This document shows positions 30,128 to 39,821 of a DNA stretch of 64,000 nt, in pieces. The stretch spans positions 3,616,001 to 3,680,000 of the forward strand of contig OY970342.1 in NCBI GenBank assembly GCA_963717505.1, given 5' to 3'. The position numbers and the translations under genes were made by a program. Positions within the stretch are counted from its first letter, which is position 1, and every line of letters begins with the position of its first letter. The DNA comes from Candidatus Eiseniibacteriota bacterium (GTDB taxonomy: Bacteria > Eisenbacteria > RBG-16-71-46). A model generated the notes under the pieces. It saw nothing but the letters and a program-made list of their open reading frames with translations, had not been told where the DNA came from and searched no databases.

Positions 30128-30766
30128 TCAACCCTTTCGGACGGCAACGCTCTCGCTGATTACGAACTTCATGACCGTCCCGTTCTCGAGCACCACCTGA
30201 TATCCCTTGGACGCGGCCACGGCGCCGGCGCCGATCGCGCCGCCGATCACCGCGCCGGTGCCCGGCTTGTCGTCGATCGCCTCGCCGAGGATCGCGCCCG
30301 CAGCCGCGCCACCTGCAATTGCGCCAAGGTTGCGCGCGCGCGGGGAGCCGGCAATGACTGGCTGGGCACTCGCGTGCAGCGAGGTCTTGTGGTCGCCAAC
30401 CCGAATCGACCTCACCCCGAGTTCCAGCCGTGCCCGGCTCCCGCGCTGCGCCTCTTCGGTCGCCACGACGACGCCTTCGACGATCGCGCCTTGTGGGATG
30501 GCCTCCTCCCCATCGATCACCACCGGGTTCACGACGACGCCTTGCCACCCGTCGCCGCGTCGCGCGGTTTCGGACGACAGCGTTTCGTCCAACCGCACGC
30601 TCAGCGACGCGCCGACCGGCACCTGGACGTGCGCCCCGGCGAACAGCCCCAGGAATCCTCGTTTCCCGCTATTCGACGCTGGACTATCGTCGGTTGCTCG
30701 GCAGCCCACGGCGGCGAGGACAACCAGCGCCAGGGCGGTCAGGCAATGCCAACGGATTCGTCTCAT
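30128..30766 (-). CDS. Glycine-zipper lipoprotein
   Basis: AGGAG SD, lipobox AAVGC, VPVGASLSVRLDETLSS, GAIAGGAAAGAILG..GAVIGGAIGAG. Confidence 0.85.
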   Translation of the reverse strand: MRRIRWHCLTALALVVLAAVGCRATDDSPASNSGKRGFLGLFAGAHVQVPVGASLSVRLDETLSSETARRGDGWQGVVVNPVVIDGEEAIPQGAIVEGVVVATEEAQRGSRARLELGVRSIRVGDHKTSLHASAQPVIAGSPRARNLGAIAGGAAAGAILGEAIDDKPGTGAVIGGAIGAGAVAASKGYQVVLENGTVMKFVISESVAVRKG

Positions 30767-30860
30767 GTCGTTCTCCTTTCGAGGGGTCGGTTGCGCGCTC
30801 GCACGCTCGACTCGCAGTCGCCAACCCTCTCGCGAGCGCGCAACCTCAGTGGCGGCCGGT

Positions 30861-30875
30861 GCACTGGACGTGCCA
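30861..30875 (-). promoter_or_regulatory. Sigma-54 promoter candidate
   Basis: Minus strand TGGCACGTCCAGTGC (GG-N10-GC), about 95 bp upstream of the lipoprotein ATG. Confidence 0.55.
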
Positions 30876-31047
30876 GCGCCAAGTCGTTGAAAGAACGTGG
30901 CGCGAGCGAGCGGAGATTCCCCAGAGTTGTAAGAGCTGGATCGATGGCGTGTAGCGGGTACAAAAGGGCAGCCTCGGGAGGTCCATGGATGGCCCCGGCT
31001 CCACCGAATTCGGGCGCTCGACGAACGAGCGGGCAAGGAGCGCTGGA

Positions 31048-31365
31048 GTGAGATCACGCAACGCGACCGCGTGGCACGTCTACATGGTCCGGACTCGCGA
31101 CGGCGACCTCTACACCGGGATCGCCACCGATGTCGCGCGGCGCCTGGCCGAGCATCGAGCCGGCAAGGGCCGGGGATCTCGCTTCTTGCGCGGCCGTGCG
31201 CCGCTGGAGGTCGTCTACGTCCGCAAGCTCGGAGAGCGCGGCCTCGCACTGCGCGTCGAGTGGCGCCTCAAGCGGCGCCCGCGGCCCGAAAAACAGGCGA
31301 TCGCCGAGGGTCGATGGACCAAGCGCTCCCTGCTTCGAAGGTTGGGAATTCCCGGGTCGCGGTGA
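31048..31365 (+). CDS. GIY-YIG nuclease family protein (UPF0213/YhbQ-like)
   Basis: WHVYMVRTRDGDLYTGIATDVARRLAEHRAGKG..ALRVEWRLK. Confidence 0.92.
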   Translation: MRSRNATAWHVYMVRTRDGDLYTGIATDVARRLAEHRAGKGRGSRFLRGRAPLEVVYVRKLGERGLALRVEWRLKRRPRPEKQAIAEGRWTKRSLLRRLGIPGSR

Positions 31366-31371
31366 AGGACG

Positions 31372-32346
31372 TCAGCGGGCGGCCGCCGAGAACTTCACCG
31401 CACCACTCTCGGGGGCGTCCGGCTGGACCACGACCGCGCACTGGATGCGCGCCGGGTCGCCGAGCACCAGCGGCGGCAGCTGGCGCATGATCGTGGCCGC
31501 GATCGCGTTGGCGGCATCGGCGCTGCGCGCGGTGATCGCGACCCGGATCGGGCGGGTCGGCTCCACCGACTGATTGAGCCAGGTCGCAACCTCGCTCACC
31601 GCGGGAGCCGGCGCGGACGCAGGGATGGAGCCGATCGCGGCCGGGCTGGACGGCGGCGCCAGCATCGCACCCGAGCAGACCAGCACCGGGCCCGCGGGCG
31701 TAGTCATGCGGTAGGCGTTGAGCTGGAATCCCTCGCCGACGAAGTTTCGCTTGTTGCCGGCGCGATCGAAGGCTTCGAAAACGTACGAGTAACGCAGGCC
31801 CGGCGTCGCCGGCTCGCCCTGTGCCGAGCGTCCGTCCCAGACGATCTCTTTCGGCGGGTCGCCCTTTCCCTGGAACGTGGTCAACGCTTCGCCGCGCGCG
31901 TTGGCCACGATGAGCTTCCAGCGTTCGACGCCTTCGACCTGGGGCCGAAAGCGGGCGACCGCGCCGGGTACGAACTCGCCGAGCCACGGCCGGGCGACGA
32001 ACGGGCTCGACTCGCGGGCCGACTGCGACACGAAGGGCGCGACGAAATCCGGCACCGAGCGGTCGAGCACATCACGCGCACTTCCCCACTCGAGCCCGGG
32101 GGCCTTCTCCGGATCCAGATCCAGCTCGATCGGCGGGCGCTCGAACTCGATGCGGATGCGGTCCTCCCCCTCGATGGTCAGGGATTTGAACACCGTGCCT
32201 TCCCGGTCGGCCTTGAGCGTCATGCCGGTATCGGGGGCCGCGGCGCGGACCGACTTCGGACTCGGCGCGGGACGCGGCGGCGTGGCCGTCGCCGGCGGAA
32301 GCGCTCCGGCGGCGACGGCGAGCAGGATCAGGTAGTGAGGGGCCAT
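31372..32346 (-). CDS. Exported protein with FlgD-Ig-like domain
   Basis: Signal peptide, WKLIVAN..FQGKGDPPKEIVWDGR..G..YSYVFEAFDRAGN, AGGAGG SD. Confidence 0.75.
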   Translation of the reverse strand: MAPHYLILLAVAAGALPPATATPPRPAPSPKSVRAAAPDTGMTLKADREGTVFKSLTIEGEDRIRIEFERPPIELDLDPEKAPGLEWGSARDVLDRSVPDFVAPFVSQSARESSPFVARPWLGEFVPGAVARFRPQVEGVERWKLIVANARGEALTTFQGKGDPPKEIVWDGRSAQGEPATPGLRYSYVFEAFDRAGNKRNFVGEGFQLNAYRMTTPAGPVLVCSGAMLAPPSSPAAIGSIPASAPAPAVSEVATWLNQSVEPTRPIRVAITARSADAANAIAATIMRQLPPLVLGDPARIQCAVVVQPDAPESGAVKFSAAAR

Positions 32347-32358
32347 GGTGTGATCCTC

Positions 32359-33324
32359 CTAGTCGGTGCCCTGGAGCCGGAATCGGAACGTGATCGTGCC
32401 CCACTGTTCGCCGATGCGGCCGCCGCGCAGGGGCTCGAAGCGCCAGTTCCGCAGTGCGGCGCGCGCGTTCTCGTCGAAGTCCTCGAAGCCCGCGGTCTTC
32501 TGCACCAGGACGTTTTCCTTCACCATCCCGTCGGGGCGAACCACGAAGTACAAGGTGACGGAGCCTTCGACCGCCTCGCGTTTGGCCCAATCGGGATAGA
32601 CGGGCCGTGTGTGCGAGATCACGGCGCGATCGGTGATGGGCCCGGCCATCGAGGCGCCCGCCAGCGTCCGCTGCGTCGCGACCTCGCCGGGCGGAGCCGG
32701 CGCCGGCGCCATCGTGCGCTCCCCGCGCACCTGCGCGGGCGCCATCGTGGCCCCCGAGGCCAGGCTCGCTCCATTCGCGGGACTGAGCGCGGGCTGGTCG
32801 GGGCCCTCACGGGTCAAGGCCATCGGGGATCCGCCTCGCCCGGCACTACTCGAGGCAACGACCGCGGGCGCGGTCAGGAGGGCGGACGGCACGGGAGCGA
32901 CGGAGGTGCCGGCGACCGTCGTCGACTTCCGGTTGCGCATCTCGCTCAGTCGCGCGTTCAGTTGGTCCGCGAACGCCAGATCGGTCTGAGGCTGAGGGGC
33001 GATGTCTCCACGCGACTGAGTGCGGCGGAACGCGGCGTCCTGTTCGACGGCCCGTGTCACGCCCTTCACCGAGACCGCCCCCGCGGCCGCGGGCGTCGAG
33101 GCTGCAGCCGCCGCCGGTTCCAGATCGCTCGGATCGATCAGAACGATCTGGGTGAGCACCGGAGCCTTCGACTCCACGACGCGATAGGACACCACCGACA
33201 TCAGGAGCAGCAAATGGAAGAGCACGCTGATGCCCATGGTGTACCGGATGCGCTTCCGGCTCTGCTCGACGTCGCGCTCGAGCGCGCCCCAGGTGGCGAC
33301 AGTCGTGCTCATGGATGTGCTCAT
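32359..33324 (-). CDS. tonB: TonB family energy transducer
   Basis: TM with SVLFH (SxxxH), Ala/Pro linker, C-terminal PVYPDWAKREAVEGSVTLYFVVRPDG..FDENARAALRNWRFEP. Confidence 0.92.
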   Translation of the reverse strand: MSTSMSTTVATWGALERDVEQSRKRIRYTMGISVLFHLLLLMSVVSYRVVESKAPVLTQIVLIDPSDLEPAAAAASTPAAAGAVSVKGVTRAVEQDAAFRRTQSRGDIAPQPQTDLAFADQLNARLSEMRNRKSTTVAGTSVAPVPSALLTAPAVVASSSAGRGGSPMALTREGPDQPALSPANGASLASGATMAPAQVRGERTMAPAPAPPGEVATQRTLAGASMAGPITDRAVISHTRPVYPDWAKREAVEGSVTLYFVVRPDGMVKENVLVQKTAGFEDFDENARAALRNWRFEPLRGGRIGEQWGTITFRFRLQGTD

Positions 33325-33746
33325 GGCTGGCCCTCGGGCTTTTGGCGGGTCGCGATCGCCATGCGCCTGGCACCGGCGGCGCGCGCCTCGCTCATCAACC
33401 GCTCGACGTCGGCATAGGGCGTGCTCGAGTCCGCGCGCAGCACGACCAGAACGTTCTGGTTGCGCGGCTCGGCCAGCCGCCGGGCCAGCGCCTCCTGGAA
33501 CTGCGTCGCCGCCACCCGTTCATCGTCCACCGCCAGCACGCCGTTCGCGCCCAAGGTGATGCTCAAGTTGCTCTCGTCCTCGGCCTCGCGGGTCGTGGCC
33601 TTCGGCAGATCCACCGGCAGATCCGAGATCGGCAGCAGGGGTGCGGTCACCAGGAGGATGATCACCAGCACCAGGGCCACGTCGATGATCGGCGTGACGT
33701 TCACCTTGGTGATGAGTTCACTCTGGTTTACGGGGGACTTGCGCAC
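33321..33746 (-). CDS. exbD: ExbD/TolR family protein
   Basis: VNVTPIIDVALVLVIILLVTAP, VDLPKA, LRADSSTPY. Confidence 0.93.
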   Translation of the reverse strand: MRKSPVNQSELITKVNVTPIIDVALVLVIILLVTAPLLPISDLPVDLPKATTREAEDESNLSITLGANGVLAVDDERVAATQFQEALARRLAEPRNQNVLVVLRADSSTPYADVERLMSEARAAGARRMAIATRQKPEGQP

Positions 33747-33748
33747 GC

Positions 33749-34162
33749 CTACCTCCCGACCACGCCGATGTGGCCGGCGCCGGCGCTGCGCACTTCGTCG
33801 AGCACGGATACGAAGTCACCATGCGCAACCGCCGGATCGCAGCGCACGATCACCAGTCGGGTCGCGCTCTTTGCGATGAGCGGGCGCACCGCCGCCGCCA
33901 GCGACGCGCGCGGCACGCGCTCGCGGTTCACGTCGATCATGCCATCGGCGCGGATGTCGAGCTCGATGCGTTCGCTGGGACCGCGCTCCAGCGCCTTCCG
34001 GGCGCTGCCCGCGGCATTATGGACCGCGATGCTCGATTGGAACGCCATCGGCGTGGCGACCATCAGGATGACGACCAGCACCAACGAGACGTCGATCAGC
34101 GGCGTCATGTTGACGTCGTGGATGCCTTCCGTCTTGCGGTTCGTGTCGCTCCGATTCTGCAC
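33749..34162 (-). CDS. exbD: ExbD/TolR family protein (second copy)
   Basis: VNMTPLIDVSLVLVVILMVATP, RCDPAVAHG..VLD. GTG start at 34162. Confidence 0.92.
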   Translation of the reverse strand: MQNRSDTNRKTEGIHDVNMTPLIDVSLVLVVILMVATPMAFQSSIAVHNAAGSARKALERGPSERIELDIRADGMIDVNRERVPRASLAAAVRPLIAKSATRLVIVRCDPAVAHGDFVSVLDEVRSAGAGHIGVVGR

Positions 34163-34172
34163 GCCGGACTCC

Positions 34173-34895
34173 TTAGGCCACGCGGGCCAGGGCCCGCTCC
34201 TCGGACTCGCGCGGACGCGACTTGTGCGGACGCTCGTCACGGCTCGCGTGAGCAGGCTCGTCCTCGATCGCGTTCGCCGGCGCTTCCTCCAGAGTCAGAC
34301 GTAGGTTGCGCGCCTGATTCTCGGCCACCGTCAACATGACCGAGATGCGGCGCATGAAGTGGTTGAACAGCATGACCGCGGGCACCGTGATCAGGAGTCC
34401 GGCCGCCGTGGTGAACAGCGCCTCGGCGACGCCCGCCGCCACCACCGACGGCCCGGCCGAGCCGGTCCGCGCCATGTCGTGGAAGGCGCGCATGATGCCC
34501 CACACCGTGCCGAGCAGGCCGATGAGCGGCGCCGTATTGCCCATGGTTCCGATCAGGCCCAGGTTGCGTTCGAGCAACAGTCGCTGCTCGCTGAGCGCGA
34601 TCATCATCTTTTCTTCCCGGGCGGCCGGCGACAGGTGTGCGTTCAGCAGCAGGGCGGCCGCCACCGGTCCCGCCGGGTGTGGTGAGCTCTGGCACAACCA
34701 GGCCGCTTCCCGCACGCGCCCGGCCCGCACGTGCTCGGCCGCCTGCGCGATCAGCGCGGCCGGGTTCGCGCGACGCTTCCAGTAGTACATGCCACGCTCG
34801 ATGGCGAACCCGAGCGTGAGGACGCTACAGGCGAGAATCACGAGCATCACCGGGCTCGTGCGCATCGCCGTGATCCAATCGAAGTTCTCGAACAT
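34173..34895 (-). CDS. exbB: MotA/TolQ/ExbB proton-channel protein
   Basis: APLIGLLGTVWGIMRAF, GVAEALFTTAAGL..VPA. Confidence 0.94.
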   Translation of the reverse strand: MFENFDWITAMRTSPVMLVILACSVLTLGFAIERGMYYWKRRANPAALIAQAAEHVRAGRVREAAWLCQSSPHPAGPVAAALLLNAHLSPAAREEKMMIALSEQRLLLERNLGLIGTMGNTAPLIGLLGTVWGIMRAFHDMARTGSAGPSVVAAGVAEALFTTAAGLLITVPAVMLFNHFMRRISVMLTVAENQARNLRLTLEEAPANAIEDEPAHASRDERPHKSRPRESEERALARVA

Positions 34896-34925
34896 CGAGG
34901 GCCTCCTTGAGTGGCGAGCGGCCGG

Positions 34926-37900
34926 CTAGCGCCGGGCCGTGTGAGCCTCGAGCTGAGAGGCCCGTCCCGACGCCGCCGCCACCAGTTCCTGATCCTTCGA
35001 ATGGCGCGCGATGTCGCGATACGCAGTCACGGCACGCGGGTAGTCGCGATTGGCTTCGTACAGCGCGGCGCACCGTGCAACGGCGGAAAGGCGATAAGGG
35101 TTTGCTTTCTCGGGGTAGGTCGAAGCTTGCTGGTAGGCGCGCAGGGCCGCGGCCGCCTCCCCCGATTGTTCGCGGCACCGGCCGAGTCGGAACTGGAGCT
35201 CCACCGCCAGGGCCGCCTTGGGTGACGCGGCGAGCGCCGACTGGTAGTGCTCGACCGCTTCGGGGAACTTGCCCGCGACCTCGTCCAGATCACCCAGTTG
35301 GTATTCCACGTCCGCCGAACGCGCGTCGCCCCGGAATTCCCCCAGGTAGCGTTCGAGCTCGGCCCGCGCGGCCTCGGTGTCACCCAGCAGCCGGTTGCAC
35401 AGGGCCAGGTTGTAGCGCGAGGCCGAGCGCACCTCGGTGGTCGTGCTCTCTTCGAGCACGCGGGTGAATGCGACCGCGGCTTGCATCGGATTCTCGCCTT
35501 CGAAGTGCAGCAGTCCGAGGCGGAAGCTGACCATGGCGCTCAGCTCGCTCGACGGGAAGAAGCCGACGAACTGCTCGTAGGCGCGGAGCGCCTCGTCGCG
35601 CTGGCCCGCCTGCGCATAGGCGTCGGCGAGCAGGAACTGCGCCTGGTCGGCGCCCGAGTATCCGGGGAACTGGCTGACCACGCGGCGGAAGCCCTCCGCG
35701 GCTTCGGTGTAGCGCTGCTCCTGATAGGCGCGGCGGGCGATCTGGAACAAGGCGTCGGCCGCGAACGCGCTGCCCGGGTACTGCTCGACCAATTGCGCGA
35801 GCAGCTGCGAGCCCTTGGCGCTCTGGCTCAGGCGGTAGAGGGCGCGCTCGGTGCCGCGCGCCGCTTCGCGCGCCGCCGGCGTTTCCGGATACTGCTGGGC
35901 GGTGTGCGCAAAACCCTGGATCGCATCGGCGTCACGGCCGGCGTTGTAGTCGCACTGGGCGAGCCGCAGGCTGGCGAGCGAGGCCGCCGAGCTGCCGGCG
36001 AAGTGCTCGAGCAGTCCGCGGTAGCAGCGCTTGGCTTCGTCGTAGCGCTCGGCCTGGAAATAGACGTCGCCGGTGCGGGCCCAGGCGCGCTCGGCGAGCG
36101 GCGCCGTCGCGCTGTCCCTCAGCATCGCCTCCCAGCGATCCACGGCATCGCCCGCGCGGTCCAGCCGCAGGTAGCAGAGGCCGGACTGGTAGAGCGCCAC
36201 GAAGCGCCGCGGATGTTTGGGGTAGCGCCGCAGGAAGTCCTCGTAGGCGCCGGCGGCTTCTTTGTAGCGCCGCTGGTTGAAGCGGTCATGGGCGATGTCG
36301 AGCAGGGCGCCGCTGACCACCTCGGGGCTGCCGTGGACACCGCGTGCGAGCAGACGTTCCTCGGTCGCGATCGCCAGACTGTCGCGTCCCTGACGGGCGT
36401 AGGTCCACGCCAACAGACGCGAGGCCGACGTGCTGACGGCGTCGTCGGGATGGTCGCGCATGAGCTGCTCCAGCGACGCCTGCGCTTCGGGGTAGCGGGC
36501 TTGTGCCGCCATGGCGTCGGCGTCGATCAGCAGCGCGTACGCGCGCCACGGCGAACGGCTCGGCGGCATGCGGCTCAACAGCAGATGCGGGGCACCCGAG
36601 AGCTGGCCCAGGTCCCCCGAGCGGTGATAGGCGTACTCGAGCAGGCAGAGCGCCGATTCGACCAGCTCGCGATGCTCGGACGAAGCGAACACGACCAGGC
36701 CCGAGCTGTCGCGACGCGAGGCGTAGCGGTCGAGCACCAGCTGGAAGTACGGTGCGGCGGCCATCGGCTTGCTTAGGGCGATCAATCCGACGCCGGCCAG
36801 ATACGCGGCCGCCGGCGCTTCCGGCTCGAGGGGGTAGCCCCGGACCACCGCCTGGTAGGTTCCAGTCGCGTCGGCGCGCCGTCCGAGCGCATCGAGACAC
36901 CGGCCGACGCGGTACTGCGCGCTGGCTGCCACCGAGTGCTGGAAGTACGAGGTCAGAACCCGGTTGTATTCGACGATCGCCTCGGCGTACTGCCCGCGGG
37001 CAAGCAGCGCTTCGCCGAGCAGGAACTGGGCGCGCGCACCGATGTCGTTGCCGGCGTTGCGTGCGACCACGCCCTGGAGAATCGTGAACGCGGAATCCTT
37101 GGCCCCGGTCAGGAACAGAGCACCCGCACCGCGCAGTTCGGCCTCGGCTTTGATCCCGGGGTCGCGAACGCGCCGAACCACACGATCGAACTCTTCGGCG
37201 GCGCTGCGGAAGTCGCCGGTCGACAGGAAGGTGTTGGCCTTGGCCAGCAACGCCGCGTCGCGCAGCGGGGAATCCGGATGGCGCTCGGCCACGTCCTGGA
37301 GCAGGGCGGCCGACTTCAGCCGATCCCCACGGCGGGCGAGGCACAGCGCGCGCAAGTAGGTCGCGGGCGCACCCGGGGGGCGAGGCCCCAGGATCGCCAG
37401 TGCCGCGGCCGCATCGCCCTGCAAATAGGCGACTGTGGCGCGCGCCAGCGAAACGCGGGCGTCGGAAGCCGTCCATGGGAACGCGGCCGACAGCGCCTTC
37501 ATCCGCTTGGCGGCCTCGTCCACGTCGCCGCGCCGTACGGCATTCCACACGGCGCGCAGCCGCGCCTCGGAGCGCAGCGGACTGTGCGGGAAGCGCTTCT
37601 CCCAGCGCAGCCATTCGCGGTCGGCCTCGTCATCACTTCCCGATGCTTCGAGCGCTTCGATCCTGGCGAAAGCGGCGTCGGCGGCGAAATCCTTCGCGCC
37701 GAACTCGTCCGCCGCCCGCTGGTACGACTCGGCCGCGCCGCGGTAGTCCCCGCGTTCGAAGCGGATCTCTCCCGCTAGGAACCTTGCAGCCGCGCGTTCG
37801 TCGGCTGCACCCTGCTTGAGCACCGATTCCACCGATGGCTCGAGCCGTTCCAGGGCTTCGAGTCGCTGGGCCCGTGGCAGCCAACGATCGATCTCGAACT

Positions 37901-38072
37901 CGCGGCCGACGTCCTTGATTCGGAGGGGCGCGGTCTCCTGCGATGGCTTCCCGGCCGAAGTCGGCGTCGCCGCGACCACGGCGATCAGGGTCGCGCAGGC
38001 GAACGAAGTTGCGATCGCGGCGCGACGCATGGCCGACCTCGAAGGGCGAAGGTTCCGAAGCGCGCGATTCAT
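34926..38072 (-). CDS. Large periplasmic tetratricopeptide-repeat protein (about 1050 aa; BamD/CpoB-type TPRs)
   Basis: Signal peptide and many YP.S..A..A TPR units. ATG at 38072 overlaps the upstream stop (ATGA). Confidence 0.9.
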   Translation of the reverse strand: MNRALRNLRPSRSAMRRAAIATSFACATLIAVVAATPTSAGKPSQETAPLRIKDVGREFEIDRWLPRAQRLEALERLEPSVESVLKQGAADERAAARFLAGEIRFERGDYRGAAESYQRAADEFGAKDFAADAAFARIEALEASGSDDEADREWLRWEKRFPHSPLRSEARLRAVWNAVRRGDVDEAAKRMKALSAAFPWTASDARVSLARATVAYLQGDAAAALAILGPRPPGAPATYLRALCLARRGDRLKSAALLQDVAERHPDSPLRDAALLAKANTFLSTGDFRSAAEEFDRVVRRVRDPGIKAEAELRGAGALFLTGAKDSAFTILQGVVARNAGNDIGARAQFLLGEALLARGQYAEAIVEYNRVLTSYFQHSVAASAQYRVGRCLDALGRRADATGTYQAVVRGYPLEPEAPAAAYLAGVGLIALSKPMAAAPYFQLVLDRYASRRDSSGLVVFASSEHRELVESALCLLEYAYHRSGDLGQLSGAPHLLLSRMPPSRSPWRAYALLIDADAMAAQARYPEAQASLEQLMRDHPDDAVSTSASRLLAWTYARQGRDSLAIATEERLLARGVHGSPEVVSGALLDIAHDRFNQRRYKEAAGAYEDFLRRYPKHPRRFVALYQSGLCYLRLDRAGDAVDRWEAMLRDSATAPLAERAWARTGDVYFQAERYDEAKRCYRGLLEHFAGSSAASLASLRLAQCDYNAGRDADAIQGFAHTAQQYPETPAAREAARGTERALYRLSQSAKGSQLLAQLVEQYPGSAFAADALFQIARRAYQEQRYTEAAEGFRRVVSQFPGYSGADQAQFLLADAYAQAGQRDEALRAYEQFVGFFPSSELSAMVSFRLGLLHFEGENPMQAAVAFTRVLEESTTTEVRSASRYNLALCNRLLGDTEAARAELERYLGEFRGDARSADVEYQLGDLDEVAGKFPEAVEHYQSALAASPKAALAVELQFRLGRCREQSGEAAAALRAYQQASTYPEKANPYRLSAVARCAALYEANRDYPRAVTAYRDIARHSKDQELVAAASGRASQLEAHTARR

Positions 38073-39328
38073 GGCGCCGGGACCAGAGGGACCGAACCCT
38101 GCGGTCCACCCGTCGAGATCTCGACCGTGTGGGTCGAACCGGCAATCGTCCGTCCGTGCTGATCGTGCACTTCGAGCGTGTAGCGGTACGTGCCGTCGGG
38201 TAGCGGCATCCCGGCCTCGTCCTTGCCGTCCCACAGGATGTGCGCGGGCGGCTGGCCGGCACCGCCGAAGCGGCGCACGACCTGGTCCGACTTGTTGAGG
38301 ATGGCGAGCGTCCAGTCGCGCGGCTGCGCCTTGGTGCGGGAGTTGAGGGCGATCTTGGTCACCGCGTGCTCACCGGTCGGCGAGAACACCGGAGGATCGG
38401 CCTGCGAGCTGGCGAAGAAGCCGCCGAACCGATAGGACAAACCGACGCGATGCGTGAGTCCGAGCGGGTGGTCGGCGACGCCGTAGTCGAGCTGGTAGGT
38501 CGAGGCGAGGCGGCAGGTGAACCCGCCAGCGGCACGATCCTGGTCGAAGCCGAGCCGCAGCGCGATCGTCGGCTGGATCCAGTACTCGGTACCGGCGCGC
38601 AGCTGCGTCCCCGGACCCGAGGCTTGATCGACCTCGGCGGTGATCAGCGCGCGGCCACCCAGCATCTGGTACGCGATGCCGCCGCGGAAGCCGGTCGGAT
38701 AGGTCTCTTCCTCGGTGCGTAGCGTGAGACTCGGGCCGCCCAGGTTCATCACCGCGCCACCCACGCGCAGTTCGGGCGTGAGCATCCACTGCCCGCCCAG
38801 GTCGAAGCCCACACCCTGAGCGCTGAAGTCCTCGATCTGCTGCTGGATGAGCTTGACGGTGCCGCCGACCGCGATCCGTTTCGACACGGCCTTCGAGGCG
38901 GAGAACAGGTACGCGGTCTCCCCCTGACTGAACGTGCCGAGCGGATCGTTCAGGTCGTTGGTCCGCTCGAACTCTCCCGAGCGCAACGCGAGGATGTTGA
39001 GCGCGAACGACGGCAACCGGTTTCCGGGAACCGCGAAGCCGAAGCTGTGGATCGCGGTGCCCTCGTAGAGCTGAGCGGTTTCGAACGCAAGGACGTTGCG
39101 GTCCATGCTCGACAGGCCCGCTGGATTCCACAGCACGCCCAGCGGCTCGTCCGCGGTGGCCACGAAGGCGCCACCCAATCCGAGCGCGCGTGCATTCGTG
39201 TAGCTGGTCAGCCACTCCCCGGGCGAACCGCCGGTGGCTTCCTGGGAACGCGCCGGGCCGGCCACCACCGTGGCGAAGATCAAGGCGAAACCCGCCAGGC
39301 GGCGCGAATGGTCAAGCGTTCGGTTCAT
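38069..39328 (-). CDS. PorV/PorQ-family outer-membrane barrel fused to a C-terminal FlgD-Ig-like domain
   Basis: ARALGLGGAFVATADEPLGVLWNPAGL, beta-strands to THRVGLSYRF, then FSPTG..WTLAI..ILWDGKDEAG..LPDGTYRYTL. GAGGAGG SD. Confidence 0.85.
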   Translation of the reverse strand: MNRTLDHSRRLAGFALIFATVVAGPARSQEATGGSPGEWLTSYTNARALGLGGAFVATADEPLGVLWNPAGLSSMDRNVLAFETAQLYEGTAIHSFGFAVPGNRLPSFALNILALRSGEFERTNDLNDPLGTFSQGETAYLFSASKAVSKRIAVGGTVKLIQQQIEDFSAQGVGFDLGGQWMLTPELRVGGAVMNLGGPSLTLRTEEETYPTGFRGGIAYQMLGGRALITAEVDQASGPGTQLRAGTEYWIQPTIALRLGFDQDRAAGGFTCRLASTYQLDYGVADHPLGLTHRVGLSYRFGGFFASSQADPPVFSPTGEHAVTKIALNSRTKAQPRDWTLAILNKSDQVVRRFGGAGQPPAHILWDGKDEAGMPLPDGTYRYTLEVHDQHGRTIAGSTHTVEISTGGPQGSVPLVPAP

Positions 39329-39475
39329 GGGGATCCTCCTCAGCGAACGACCGCGATTCAGCGACGCATCACGCGCAACGTGGCTCCGTGTTGAAATCGT
39401 TCCATGGGCGCACGGAGGCCCAGCCCGGTTCCATCGATCCGGCCTGGTGCACAGTTCTCAGCGCGACCCGCCAAG

Positions 39476-39490
39476 GCAGCTTGTGTGCCG
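39476..39490 (-). promoter_or_regulatory. Sigma-54 promoter candidate for the PorV/TonB operon
   Basis: Minus strand CGGCACACAAGCTGC (GG-N10-GC). An AT-rich tract at about 39580-39600 and a palindrome GCAATTGGAATTGC at 39646-39659 lie upstream. Confidence 0.45.
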
Positions 39491-39821
39491 AGCAGGATTG
39501 CGCGGTGCATCGCGCAGAGTGCGAACGCCGGAGAACATTGGAGCTTCAGAGGGCTACGCCTTCGCACTCTGCAATCGAACTGGAATTTGGTTTTTTCCCC
39601 AACTCGAACCCGGCTTGCGAGCGCTGCCGGAGCGCGATCGTGCGTGCAATTGGAATTGCGCGACGACGCAAAACGCGCGTTCATGTGTGTTCGGAATCGG
39701 GATCTTTCAGTAGAAGGTCCAGCGATCGTTCACACCAAGTTCACGACACCGTCGCCCTTCGCCCGGCGGCGCGATCTCCGCTAGAGTGCCGCCCCATGTC
39801 CAGCGCTTGGAATCCAGTCTG

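Noticed and set aside
31048-31365. GIY-YIG gene as a homing endonuclease or mobile element
   Set aside because: It is a short stand-alone UPF0213-type protein with no intron, terminal repeats or DNA-binding extension.
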